DNA from: Squalus acanthias
Taxonomy: Eukaryota
Length of the DNA: 64,000 bases
Reading direction: 5' to 3'
NCBI GenBank assembly: GCA_030390025.1
Contig: JASTWF010000048.1
Span: 1,550,001 to 1,614,000 of the forward strand
Of the stretch, positions 37,916 through 50,852 are shown piece by piece. Position 1 is the stretch's first letter, and each line of letters begins with the position of its first letter. The notes below the pieces were generated by a model, which did not search any database, was not told the DNA's origin, and was given only the letters and a program-made list of their open reading frames with translations. Both the position numbers and the translations under genes were made by a program.

Positions 37916-38958
37916 TGTTGGCATCGAGCGAGTGTCAGCTGGATGCTGGGGCATACGTTACGGGAGTGGATTTTGACCCACGACCGAGAGAATCAGAGGC
38001 CGAGCATGGTATTCTGATTGGTGCCTGCAGCTCATCAAAAAAGACACATACCCCAGCAAGCATCTGATCTGCATTCTTTGACCTTTTCTAAGCTTTGGTC
38101 AAATGCCTAAGATGTTATCAGTCCACCAATCTTTAAATGAGAACAGTTGCACTGTTTACTGTTTCTTGTGCAACTATTGGTACGTTCACCAGGACTTGAG
38201 GACACAAATTGAAGGATTGAAGAAAAGGTCCGCTTTTTCCTGCAAAACTTTTCACGTCTAGACATCTCGACACGTGATGTCGTTCCATGGATCCCACGGC
38301 GATTAATGGAAATAGAGCAGAGGAGTTCTCCCCAATGTCCTGGTCAATATTTAACTGTCAACCAACTTCATCGAAAAAACAGATTATCTGGTCATTCATC
38401 TCATTGCTGTTTGTTGGATCTTGCTGTGCGCTGATTGGCTGTTGCCCCATCCTAGTATGATTGCTGCCTACTCCATCCCGGTGATTGACTGCCTGCCTCC
38501 TCAAAGTCTGATTGACAGCCCCGCCTCCTCACATCTGATTGACAGCCCCGCCTCATCACAGTCTGATGGACATCCCCGCCTCCTCGCAGTCTGATTCCCA
38601 GCACAGCCTCCTCACATCTGATTGATAGCTCCTCCTCCACAGAGTTTGATTGACAGCCCCGCCTCCTCACAGTCTGATTGACAGCCCCGCTTCCTCTCAA
38701 TCTGATTGACAGCCCCACCTCCTCACATGCTGATTGACAGCCCCGCCTCATCACAGTCTGATGGACAGCCCCGCTTCCTCACAGTCTGATTCACAGCCCC
38801 GCCTCCTCACATCTGATTGATAGCTTTACCTCCACAGAGTTTGATTGACAGCCCCGCCTCCTCACAGTCTGATTGACAGCCCCGCTTCCTCTCAATCTGA
38901 TTGACAGCCCCACCTCCTCACATGCTGATTGACAGCCCCGCCTCCTCACAGTATAATT

Positions 38959-39427
38959 AAAAATCACAAGCTTTCGGAGCGCTGCTCCTTCGTCAGGTGA
39001 AGTGAAGAGATACATATAGGCACAGCATATATAGTCAGAGAACACGGCCATGTGACTACAGTTAATCTTTCCAACTGCCCTTTATCACACCTCGGCAGAG
39101 AGATAATCACGGCAATCAAAGGTGTGGATGGTGTCCAAACAGGTCAGTTAGGGAAACATTACATCAAAGACAATGTGGCAGATGCTGGGGTCTTTTTTTT
39201 GCTGGAAATCACAGCAGGACCGGTGGCATCTGTGTAGAGAGAACCAGCCAACGATGGCTGTGTTCTCTGACTATTTATGCTGTGCCTATATGTATCTCTT
39301 CGCCTAAACCTGACGAAGCAGCAGCGCTCCGAAAGCTTGTGATTTCAAATAAACCTGTTAGATTATAACCTGCTGCTTTGCGACTTCTCACATTTGTCCA
39401 CCCCAGTCCAACACCGGCATCTCCACA
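38959..39427. mobile_element. Non-autonomous Penelope-like insertion with inverted ~95-bp pseudo-LTR copies
   Basis: 38959-39051 is inverted relative to ~39254-39350. 13-bp flanking duplication TCACAGTATAATT at 38946-38958 and 39428-39440. Confidence 0.75.
38964..39000 (-). ncRNA. Minimal hammerhead ribozyme motif (inverted degenerate copy ~39310-39342, mutated copy ~56982-57018)
   Basis: UCAC-CUGACGA-A-GGAGC(AGC)GCUCC-GAAA-GC-UU-GUGA. Confidence 0.7.
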
Positions 39428-39869
39428 TCACAGTATAATTGACAGCCCCACCTGCTCAATGTTTGTTGTACAGCCCCAGCTCCTCAAAGTCTGATTGAAC
39501 CCCTGGGCTGCCTCACAATCTGATGGTCAGCCCGTCCCGCACCCTTAGATTCGGACCTACAGGACCGCTCTCCCTGACAGTATGCTTCACAGCCCCGCCC
39601 CACACAATCTGATTGAATGCCCGACCCCTCAGACTGAAGACAGCCCAGTCACCTCAGCCTGATTGGCAGATCCGCCCACTCACAGTCTGATTGACATCTT
39701 CGGTTACATCACAGTCTAACTGATTGCCTTGAGCCTCAGACTGTGAGGGGCCGGGGCAGTCAATTGGACTTTGAGGGAGCCAAAGCTGTCAATCAGGCTG
39801 TGAGGGACGCTGCAGTCGATTAGACTGTGAGGGACATCTTCGGCTCCCTCACAGTCTAATGGAAGATGG

Positions 39870-40860
39870 ATGTGGTGGTTTAAGGTCCTTCATCACAACC
39901 CCAGGACGTCGCTGCAGGAGTTATCCGTGCAGTGTTCTAGGCCCAAACATCTTCAGCTACTTCACCAATGACCTTCCCTCCAACATAATGTCAGAAATGG
40001 AGATGTTAGCTAATGACTGCACATGTTTAGTGCCATTCACAACTCCTCAGATAAAGAAGCAGTCCATGCTCGCATGCAACATGAGCTGGACAACGTTCAG
40101 ATTTGGGCTGATAAGTGGCAGGTAACACTCGCGCCACAGAAGTGCCAGGCTGTGACTATCAAAAACAAGCGAGTGTCTAACCACCGTACTGTGACATTGA
40201 ACGGCATCGCCGAATCACCCACCATCAACATCCTGGGGGTCATCATTGATCAGAAAGCTATTTGGATCAACCACATAAATATTGTGGAAACATGGTCAGA
40301 CGCTGGGCATTCTGCGGCGAGTGACTCACGTCCTGACCCCCCAAAGCCTTTCCACCATCTACAAGGCACAAGTCAGGAATGTGATGGAATACACTCCACT
40401 TGCCTGGATGAGTGCAGCTCCAACAACATTCAAGAAGCTCGACCTCATCCAGGAAAAGGCAGCCGACCTGATTCACCACCTTAAACATTCACTCCCTCCA
40501 ACACCGGCGTACCGTGGCTGCAGTGTGTACCATCTACAAGATGCACTGCAGCAACTCGCCAAGGCTTTAACGGCAGCACCTCCCAAGACCGCGAGATCTT
40601 CCATCCAGAAGAGCAAGGGCAGCAGGCTCATGGGAACACCTCCACCTCCAAGTTCCTCTCCAAGTCACACACCATCCTGACTTTGAAGAACATCGCCGAT
40701 CCTTCTGGAACACCCTACCTAACAGCACTATGGGAATACTTTCACCACACGGACTGCAGCTGTTCAAAAAGCAGGCTCACCAGCACCTTCTCAAGGGCAA
40801 CTAGGGATGGGCAATAAATGCTGGCCTTGCCATCGACGCACAGATCCCAGAAGCGAATTA
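39870..40860 (+). mobile_element. CR1/L2-superfamily LINE 3' fragment (further copies near 42840-43340 and 46800-47310 on the - strand)
   Basis: SVLGPxIF...ADKWQV...YKAQVRNVMEYTPLAW motifs and a shared 3' tail. Confidence 0.75.
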
Positions 40861-41368
40861 AAATAAAAGACCTCTCACCTCTGAGTCAGAGCGTTGTGTG
40901 TTCAAGTCCCACTCCAGAGACAGGAGCAGACATATCTAAGCTGAGGCAGTGTTGCACTTTCGGAGGGGCCGATCTGAAGGAGTGCTGTACTGTCAGAGGG
41001 GCCACTCTAAGGTGCACTACCGAAGCTTCAGTTCTGGCCAATGTTTATCCCTCAACCAACATCACTAAGCATAACTGATGATCTGGTCATTATCATATTG
41101 GCTGTTTGTGGGAGCTTGCCTTGCATGGATTTGCTGCGGTGTTTCCTACATTACCGCAGTAACTAGACTTAAAAATCTGGCGTCATTGGCGTTTAAGCTT
41201 TTCAGCACGCCCCGAGGCCGTGACACGCGCCATAGAAATGCAAACTCGTTCCATCCTTTAGTAATGATGTCGACTAGAGGGGACCCCTTCACAGGTGGTG
41301 ATGAGCGCACGGTAGGAGGCGACGGAGAAGGTTTTTGTATCAGTCTGCGGCAGTTTTGTACCGCTGTG

Positions 41369-41814
41369 CGTTACTCGCCGCGCAGTAATAGATCGCAGAG
41401 TCTGACTGTTCGGAGCCGTTCAGGTGCAGAGTGAACTGGTTGTTGGCAGCCTCGAGATGCACTGCGAATCGCTTCTCGAAATCGGGCCCACAGCTGCCGT
41501 ACTCACTGCACATCCACTCTAGCGCGCCGCCCTTTTGCCTGTACCAGAACATGTTGTAGCTGCTCATGCCACCTCCCTCCAAACTGCAGCCGAGAGTGAT
41601 CGTCTGTCCCGGTGGAATAGCGGCCGCGGCTGGAGACTGGACCACAGTGGGTGCCGCCGGACCACTAGATTAGATATTCAAAAAAAAGGCCTGTAAATGC
41701 AAGCTCTTCCTTTCTATTTTACTGTTGGCAAAGTATAGTTTAATGCTTACCACAGATCGGCAGAACGAGTGTCAACGTGACCAAGGTTGGGAGCAGTGTA
41801 GACGAGAAACACAT
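41369..41814 (-). pseudogene. TRBV: V11, short-CDR2 family; V domain open but 1 nt out of phase with its leader (leader 41814-41751, V exon 41664-41369)
   Basis: Leader MCFSSTLLPTLVTLTLVLPIC|GTAAGC (phase 1). The 5' end of the V exon is 1 nt shorter than in V12/V13. RSS CACAGCG-23-ACAAAAACC at 41368-41330. V identity is secure; pseudogene status depends on one base. Confidence 0.7.
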
Positions 41815-44800
41815 TGTCCTTCTCACGCAGTGAAACAGAGCCTTTGCGACAGCAGGCCACACATCAAATTTATCTCCTCGAAGGCAATGCCACCGCTGGT
41901 GACGAATTATGCGGGAGGGTCGAGCAGCCAATCGTGTGTTTGGGCCACGCAAGATTGAACATATGAGACGCGGTTCCTTTGATGACGTGGTGTTTGCAAA
42001 ATCGCAAGCTAAGAAGCAAGATCATACCATACAATCGTCGAATCTTGAAGCGCAGAAGGAGACCATTCGGCCCATCGAGCCTCTGCTGGCTCTTTGAGAG
42101 AGCTATCAAATTGGATCCACTCCTCTGCTCTTTCCGGATACCCCTGCAAATTGCATGTTTGGTACATCTTTCTTTCTAGCCTACTTTTTTTTCTTGCTGT
42201 CTTTCGTTGCTTGTTTCCATGTTGTTTTCCCTTTCTCTCCCTTTCTCTCATTTTTTTCTTGTGTTCCTCATTACTTTGCTTCTTTCTTTCTGCCCAGCCT
42301 TCATACATTGATTTATGTCTTCCGTCCTTTCAAGCCAATTTGCATTCTCTTCCATTGATAAGAAGTGAAATTATTTGGACTGCAGTGCACCAGAGTTGAG
42401 GTCGAAGATCAGCCATGCTCATGTCGAAAGGCGGAGCAGGCTCGAGGGCCGATTGGCCTATTCTTGCTCCTATTGCTTCTGTTCTCATCAAATGATGACA
42501 TTCTAGTGAGAATGGAGTATATGTGGTGCAGCAGTGCCATCTAGTGGTGTAGTAGTATATGACACTTAAGGAGTACATGACAATAATAAAGAAGGCAAGA
42601 TTGACTTGCATTTATATAGCGCCTTTCACGAACACCGGACGTCTATAGCGCTTTACAGAATACAAAGTAATTTTGAAGTGGAGTCACTGTTGTAATGTGG
42701 GGACCTCTGCAGCCAATTTGTGCACAGCGAGCTCCCACATACAGCAATGTGATACTCTCCAGATAATCTGTTTCTGACCTGTTGGCTGATAGTCTCGAAA
42801 TTAATAGGTTCAGAGCGTTTAAATATATATTTTATTCTTTTGAGGGATGTGGGCTTCGCTGACAAGGCCAGCATTTATGGCCCATCCATAACTGCCCTTC
42901 AGATGGTGGTGGGGAGCCGCCGTTTTGAACCGCTGCAGTCCGTGTTGTGAAGGTAATACTACAATGCAGTTACGAAGAGAGTTCCAGGATTTTGACCCTG
43001 CGACGATGAAGTATCGGCAATGTACTTCTAAGTCAGGATGGGGTGTGACTGGGAGGGGAACTTGGAGTTGGTGGTGTTTCCATGTGCCTGCTGCCCTTGT
43101 CCTTCTCGGTGGAATAGGTCGTTGGGAGGTGCTGCCGAAGAAGCCTTGGCGAGTTGCTGCAGTGCATCTTGTAGATGGTACACACTGCAGCCACGGTACG
43201 CCGGTGGTGGAGGGAGTGCATGTTTAAGATGTGGATGGGGTGGCAATCAAGCGGGCTGCTTTTCCCTGGATGTTGTCGAGCTTCTTGAGTGTTGTTGGAG
43301 CTGCAATCATCCAGGCAAGTGTATTCCATCACACTCCTTACTTGTGCCTCTATCGCGACATTGAGGTAGTAAAACGTCACAAAGCGCTTCGCAGATGCGT
43401 AAATCAGGCTGAAAGTGACACCGAACCACATAAGGAGATATTAGGGCAGCTGATCAAAAGCTCAGTCGAAGAGGTAGGTTTTCGGTGTGTTTAACAGAAG
43501 GAGAGAGATGCGGAGAGATTTAGGGAGGGAATTCCAGACCCTAGGGCCCAGACAGCTGAAGGCAAGGCATTCAATGGCAGTTGAAAATAGGATATCTGGA
43601 AGGGTCCGAATTTGGAGGAGTGCAGAGATCTCGGAGGGTTCTGTGGCTGGAGGAGTTAGGGATGTGGCGAGGCCACGGAGGGATTTGACACCAAGGATGA
43701 TAATTCTAACATCGCGAGACGTTGCTGATTGATATGTGAACTGGAATTGGTGCGAGTTTGGAAAATGGCAGGAGAGTTTCGGATGAGCTGAAGTTTAGGC
43801 GCAGGCAAGGTGAGTGGTCTTCCAGGAGATCATGGGAATAATCTGTAGCAGAATTTGTCCACAACGAAATTAGTCCACTCCAAACCCAGATATGAGGTGA
43901 GGAAATCGCCATTAGTGCAGTTCAAATACATCTGTTCATTCTAAGCTTGCTGCACTTACCTTATAGAATCATAGAATGGTTACAGCACAGAAGGAGGCCA
44001 TTCAGTCCTTCGTGCCCGTACCGGCTCTCTGCAAAAACACTTCAGCTAGTCCCACTCCACCGCCCTTTCCCCGTAGCCCTGCATTTCTTCCCCTTCAGGA
44101 ACTTATCCAATTCACTTTCGAAAGCCACGATTGCATTTGCCTCCACCACCTCCTCAGGCAGAGCATTCCGTATCCTAACCACTCGCTGCATAAAAAAAGT
44201 TTTTCCTCATGTCGCCTTTGGTTCTTTTGCCAATCAGCTTGAACCTGTGTCCTTTGGTTCTTGACCCTTCCGCCAATGGGAATTGTTTCTCTTTATCTAC
44301 TATGCCTATACCCCTCATGATTTTGAACACCTCTGTCAAATCTCCTCTCAACCTTTCCTGCTCTAAGGTGAACAACACTAGACTCTCGAGTCTATCCACG
44401 TAACTGAAGTCCGTTATCCCTGGAACCATTATTGTAAATGTTTTCTGCAGCTTCTCGAAGGCATTCAAATCCTTCGTAAAGTGCGGTGGTCAGAATTGGA
44501 CACAATATTCCAGTTCAGGCCGGACCAGTGTTTTATACAGATTCATCATAACGTCCTTGCTTTTGAATACTATGCCTCTATTTATGAAGTCCAGGATGTC
44601 ATGACTCTATTCCAAAATTTTATTTGGAATGGTGCACGTTTTGACAGCCGTGGCTCGTTTAGTAGACCTCTCGCCACTGAGTCAGAGGGTCGTGTGTTCA
44701 AGTCCCGAGTCCAGAGTCATGGTCAGACATATCTAAACTGAGGCATTGTTGCACTTTCGGAGGGGCAGTGCCGAAGGAGTGCTGCACTGTCAGAGGAGCC

Positions 44801-45171
44801 ACACTAAGGGAGTGTTGCACTGTCAAAAGTTAAGTTCTGGTCAATGTTTATCCCTCAACCAACATCACTAAGGAAAACTGATGATCTGCTTATTATCATA
44901 TTGGCTTTTTGTGGGAGCTTGCTGTGCATGTATTGGCTGCGGCGTTTCCTAAATTACAGCAGCGAATAGACTTAAAAATACGACGTCATTTGCGGTTACG
45001 CTTTTTAGCATGCCCAGAGGCCATGACCCGCGCCATACAAATGCAAACTCGTTCCTTCCTTTAGTAATTAAATTGTCCAGAGGGGACCCCTTCACAGGTG
45101 GCATAGAGTGCACGGTGGGAGGCGGGGGAGAAGGTTTTTGTATCAGTCTGCAGCAGTTTTGTACCGCTGTG

Positions 45172-45618
45172 CGATACTCGCCGCACAGTAGTAGGTCGCA
45201 GAGTCTGACTGTTCGGCGCCGTTCAGGTGCAGAGTGAACTGGTTATTGGCAGCCTCGAGTTGCTTTGCGAATCGCTTCTCGAAATCGGGCCCACAGCTGC
45301 CGAAGGCACTGCACATCCACTCGAGCGCGCCGCCCTTTTGCCTGTACCAGAACATGGTATAGCTGCTCATGCTCGCTCCCTCCAAACTGCAGCCGAGAGT
45401 GATCGTCTGTCCCTGTATAATAGCCGCCGCGGATGGAGACTGGACCACAGTGGGTGCTGCCCCGATCCCTAGATTAGATATTCAACAGAAAAAGGGCTGT
45501 AAGTGCAATTTCTTCATTTTTTTTACTGTTGGCAATGGATAGTTTAATGCTTACCACAGATCTGTAGAACGACCGTCAACGTGACCAAGGTTGGGAGCAT
45601 TGGAGAGGAGAAACCCAT
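45172..45618 (-). CDS. TRBV: V12, short-CDR2 TCR V segment (leader 45618-45555, V exon 45468-45172)
   Basis: Leader MGFSSPMLPTLVTLTVVLQIC|GTAAGC. V exon ...LGCSL...MFWYRQKGGALEWMCSAFGSC...DSATYYCAASI. RSS CACAGCG-23-ACAAAAACC at 45171-45133. Confidence 0.88.
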
Positions 45619-46757
45619 GGCCCTGCTCAAGCACTGAAAGAGAACCTTAGCGACAACAGTTTACCACTAAAATTGCTCTCCTCGATTGTAATGCCACCGT
45701 TGCTTACGAACTCTGAGGGAAAGTCGAGCAGCCAATCGTGTTGTACCACCGGAAGATTGAAGACGTGTGTCGCATTTCCTTTGATGACGTGGTGTTTGCA
45801 AAATCGCAAACAAAGAAGCAAGATCATATCATACAATCGTGGAGTCATAAAGCGCAGAAGCAGGGCATTCGGCCCATCGAGACTGTGCTGGCTCTTTGAG
45901 AGAGAGATGAAATTGATTCCACTCCTCTGATCTTTCCGGATAGCCCTGCAAATTGCATGTTCGGTACATCTGGCCAATCCGCCTTGGTTATGCGATCCAT
46001 CTTTTTTTCTTTCCTACTTTGTTTTCTTTCGTTATTTCTTTGCTTCCTTCCTTGTTTATTTACATTTCTCTCCCTTTCTGCCCTTTATTTTCTTTTGCTT
46101 CTCATTACTTCCCTTCTTTCTTTCTGTCCTGCCTACATTCATTGCTTTATCTCTTAGGTCCTTCGAAATCAATTTGCCTTCTCTTCCAATGATAACAAGT
46201 GAAATATTGCGCTTCACTTCACAAGAGGGCTATGGATGCTCAGCCGCTGAGCATTTTCAAGACTGATAGCGATACATTTTTGGACACTGTGGGAATCAAG
46301 CAATGTGGGGATAATGCGGGAAAGTGGAGTTGAGATCGAAGATCAGCCATTCTCTTATTGAATGGTGGAGCAGGCTCGACGGGCCGTGTGGCCTACTTCT
46401 GCACCTATTGATTATGTTCTCATGAAATGATTAAATTCCAGTGAGAATGGAGTATATGTGGTGCAGCAATGGCATCTAGTGGTGTAGTAATATATGACAC
46501 TTAAGGAGCACGTGACAATAATAAGGAAAGCAAGAACAACTTGCATTTATACAGCGCCTTTCACGACCACCGGATGTCTCAACGCGCTTTACAGCCAACG
46601 AATTACTTTTGAAGTGGTGTCACTGTTGTAATGTGGGAAAAGCGGCAGTCAATTTGCGCACAGAAAGCTCCCACAAACAGCAATGTGAAAATGACCAGAT
46701 CGTCTGTTTTTGTCATGTTGGTTGCTAGTCTCGAAATTGACAGGTGCAGACCATTTA

Positions 46758-46790
<33 letters not shown>

Positions 46791-49126
46791 TATTCGTTTA
46801 TGGGATGTGTGCGTCGCTGGCAAGGCCAGAATTTATTGCCTATCCCTAATTGACCTTTAGAAGAAGGTGGTGAACCGCCGTCTTGACCGCTGCAGTCCGT
46901 GTGGTGAAGGAACACCTACATTGCTATTTGAGAGTGAGTTCCAGGATTTTGAACCAGCGACGATGAACGATACGCGATATACTTCTAAGTCAGGATGGTG
47001 TGTGACTTGGAGGGGAACTTGGAGGTGGTGGTCTCCCCATGCGCCTGCTGCCCTTGTCCTTCTCGGGGGAAGAGGTCACGGGTTTGGGAGGAGCTGCCGA
47101 AAAAGAGCCGAGATGCTGCAGTGCATCTTGTAGATGGTAGACACTGCAGCGACGGTACGCCGGTGATGGAGGGAGTGAATGTTTAAGGTGGTGGATGGGG
47201 TGCCAATCAAGCGAGCTGCTTTGTCTTCGATGGAGTCGAGCTTCTCGAGTGTTGCTGGAGCTGCACTCATCCAGGTATTTGGAGAGCATTCCATCACACT
47301 CCTTACTTTTTCCTCTATAGCGTCTGTGACGTTGGAAAACGTCACAAAGCGATTTGCAGGAGCGTAAGTCAGGCCGAATGTGACACCGAGCCACCTAAGG
47401 AGATAAAAGGACAGCTGACCAAAAGCTCAGCCGAAGAGCTAGGTTTTAGGAGCGTTTAAAAGAAGGAGAGGCCGAGAGGTTTAGGGAGGGAATTCCAGAC
47501 CCTGGGTCCCAGACAGTTGAGGGCACGGCCGCCAATGGTGGAGTTGAAATTCGGGGATGCGGAAGGGGCCGGAATTAGAAGAGTGCTGAGATCTCAGAGG
47601 GTTGTGGGGCTGGAGGAGATAGGGAGGGGGCGAGGCCACGGATGGATTTGAAACCAAGGAAGATAATTCTAAATTCGCGACGTTGCTGATTGATGTGTGA
47701 ACGGGAAGTGGTGCGGGGTTTGATACCGGGAGCAGAGTTTCGGATGAGCTGAAGTTTAGGATCGGGCAAGGTGGGAGGTCTTCCAAGAGATCACTGGAAT
47801 AGTCTGCAGCAGAATTCGGCTACAACGAAAATAGTCCACTCCAAACGCAGATATGAGGTGAGGAAAACCCCATTTGTGCGGTCCAAATTCAGCTGTTCAT
47901 TCTAAGCTTGCTGCACTTACATTATCGAATCATAGAATGGTTACAGCACAGAAGGAGGCCATTCGCTCCGTCGAGCCCGTGCCGGCTCTCTGCAAAAACA
48001 CTTCACCTAGTCCCACTCCCCCGCCATTTCCCCGTAGCCCTGCATTATTTTCCCGTTTAGGTACTTATCCAAGTCCCTTTCGAAAGCCACGATAGAATCT
48101 GCCTCCACCACCCTCTCAGGCAGTGCATTCCAGATCCTAACCACTCGCTGCATAAAAAAAGTTTTTCCTCATGTCTCCTTTGGTTCTTTTGCCAATCACC
48201 TTGAATCTGTGTCCTTTGGTTCTCGACCCTTCCGCCAATGGGAACAGTTTCTCTCTATCTACTCTGTCTAGACCCCTCACGATTTAAATACCTCTATCAG
48301 ATCTCCTCTCAACCTTCTCTGCTCTAAGGAGAACAACCCCAGCTTCTCCAGTCTACCAAGTAACTGACGTCCCTCATCTCTAGAACCATTCTTGTAAATC
48401 TTTTCTGCACCTTCTCTAAGGGCTCCAAATCCTTCCTAAAGTGCGGTGGTCAGAATTGGACACAATACTCCAGTTGATGCCGGAACAATGCTTTAGAAAT
48501 GTTCCTAATAACTTCCTTGCTTTTGCACTCAATATCTGTATTTATCAAGCCAAGGATGCCATGACTCTATCCCAAAATGTAATTTGGAATGCTGCAAGTT
48601 TTAGCAAGCATGGCTCGTTTGGTAGAACTCTCGCCACTGAGTCAGATGGTCGTGTGTTCAAGTCCCACTCCAGAGTCATGGTCAGACATATCTAAGCTGA
48701 GTCAGTGTTGCACTTCGGAGGGGCAGTGCTGAAAGAGTGTTGCACTGTCAGAGGGGTCACACTAAGGGAGTGCTGCACTGTCGAATGTGCAGTTCTGGAC
48801 AATGCTTATCCCTCAACCAACATCACTAAGCAAAACTGATGATCTGCTCATTGACACATTGGCTGTTTGTGGGAGCTTGTTCTGCATGGATTGGCTGCGG
48901 CGTTTCCTACATTACGGCAGCGACTAGACTTTACAATATAGCGTCATTGGCGGTTAAGCTTTTCAGCACGCCCCGAGGTCGTGACCCGCGCCATGGAAAT
49001 GCAATCTCGTTCCTTCCTTTAGTCATTAATTTGTCCAGAGGGGACCCCTTCACAGGTGGCGATGAGCGTACGGTGGGCGGGACAGGAGGTTTTTGTATCA
49101 GCCTGCTGCAGTTTTATGTCGCTGTG

Positions 49127-49583
49127 CGAGACTCGCCGCACAGTAGTAGGTCGCAGAGTCTGTCTGTTCGGAGCCTTCCAGGTGCAGAGTGAACTGGTTA
49201 TTGTCAGCCTCGAGTTGCACTGCGAATCGCTTCTCGAAATCGGGCCCACAGCTGCCGTAGGCACTGCACATCCACTCAAGCGCGCCGCCCTTTTGCCTAT
49301 ACCAGAACATGCTGTAGCTGCTCATGCTCGCTCCCTCCAAACTGCAGCCGAGAGTGATCTTCTGTCCCTTTGGAATAGCGGCCGCGGATGGAGACTGGAC
49401 CACAGTGGGTGCTGCCCGGACCCCTAGATTAGATATTCAACAGAAAAAAAGCCCTGTAAATGCAAGCAAATCCTTTTTTGTAACCGTTGGCAATGGATAG
49501 TTAAATGCTTACCGCTTACCACAGACCACTAGCACGAACGTTAACGTGACCAAGGTTGGGAACATTGTAGACGAGAAACACAT
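49127..49583 (-). CDS. TRBV: V13, short-CDR2 TCR V segment (leader 49583-49520, V exon 49423-49127)
   Basis: Leader MCFSSTMFPTLVTLTFVLVVC|GTAAGC. Open V exon ending YYCAASL. RSS CACAGCG-23-ACAAAAACC at 49126-49088. Confidence 0.88.
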
Positions 49584-50852
49584 CGCCCTTCTCACGCAGT
49601 GAAACAGAGCTTTTGCGACAGCAGGCCACACACTAAATTGATCTCCTCGAATGGCAATGCCACCGCTGGTGACGAACTATGCGGGAAGGTCGAGCAGCCA
49701 ATCGTGTGATTGGAACACGCAAGATTGAACACATGAGACGCGTTTCCTTTGATGACGTGGAGTTTGCAAAATCGCAAACAAAGAAGAAAGATCATACCAT
49801 ACAATCGTCGAAACATGAAGCTCAGAAGGAGGACATTCGGCCCAGCGAGCCTGTGCTGGCTCTTTGAGAGAGCTCTCACACTGGTTCCACACCTCTGCTC
49901 TTTCCGGACACCTCTGCAAATTGTATGTTCGGTACATGTAGCGAAAACGCCTGGGTTAAGCTATCCATTTTTCTTTCTTTCCTACTTTTTTTATTCCTTT
50001 CTTCCTCTGCTTCATTCCTTGTTTATTTCCCTTTCTCTCCCTTTCTCTCCTTTGTTCGTTTGTTCCTGATTACTTTCCTTCTTTCTTTCTGCCCTGCCTC
50101 CATTCATTGCTTTTTTCCGTCGTTCCTTCCAAGCCTAGTTGCCTTCTCTTCCATTGATAAGAACTGAAATTATTTGGGCTTCACTACAACAGACGGTTGT
50201 GGATGCTCAGTCGCTGAGCATTTTCAAGACTGATAGTGATAGATTTTTGGAGACGAAGGGAATCAAGGGATATGTGGGATAATGCGGGAAAGTGGAGTTG
50301 AAGTCGAAGATCAGCCATGCTCATATTGAATGGTGGAGATGGCTCGAAGGGCAGTATGCCCTACTTCAGCTCCGAATGATTGTGTACTCATGAAATGACT
50401 AAATTCCAGTGAGAATGGGGTATATGTGGTGCAGCAGTGCCATCTAGTGGTGTAGTTGTATATGACACTTAAGGAGCACATGACAATAATGAAGAAAGAA
50501 AGACTTGCCTTTACAAAATGCCTTTCACGACCACTGGACGTCTCAAAGAGCTTTACAGCCAACAAAGCACCTTTGAAGTGGAGTCACTGTTGTAATGTGG
50601 GAAACGCGGCAGCCAATTTGCGCACAGCAAGCTCCCACAAACAGCGATGTGAAAATAACCCGATCGTCTGCTTTTGTCATGTTAATGGTCACTATCGAAA
50701 TTGATAGGCTCAGAGCATTTACATATATATATTATTATTCGTTTATGGGATTTGGCCGTCGCTGGCAAGGCCAGCATTTATTACCCATCCCTAATTGCCC
50801 TTCAGAAGATCGTGGTGAGCCGTCATTTGATAGTTTTGATTTGGCTAAATCG

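Noticed and set aside
41352-41360. Nonamer-like TACAAAACT inside the V11-V13 spacers as a dual 12/23 RSS
   Set aside because: It lies only 1-2 bp from the heptamer, not 12.
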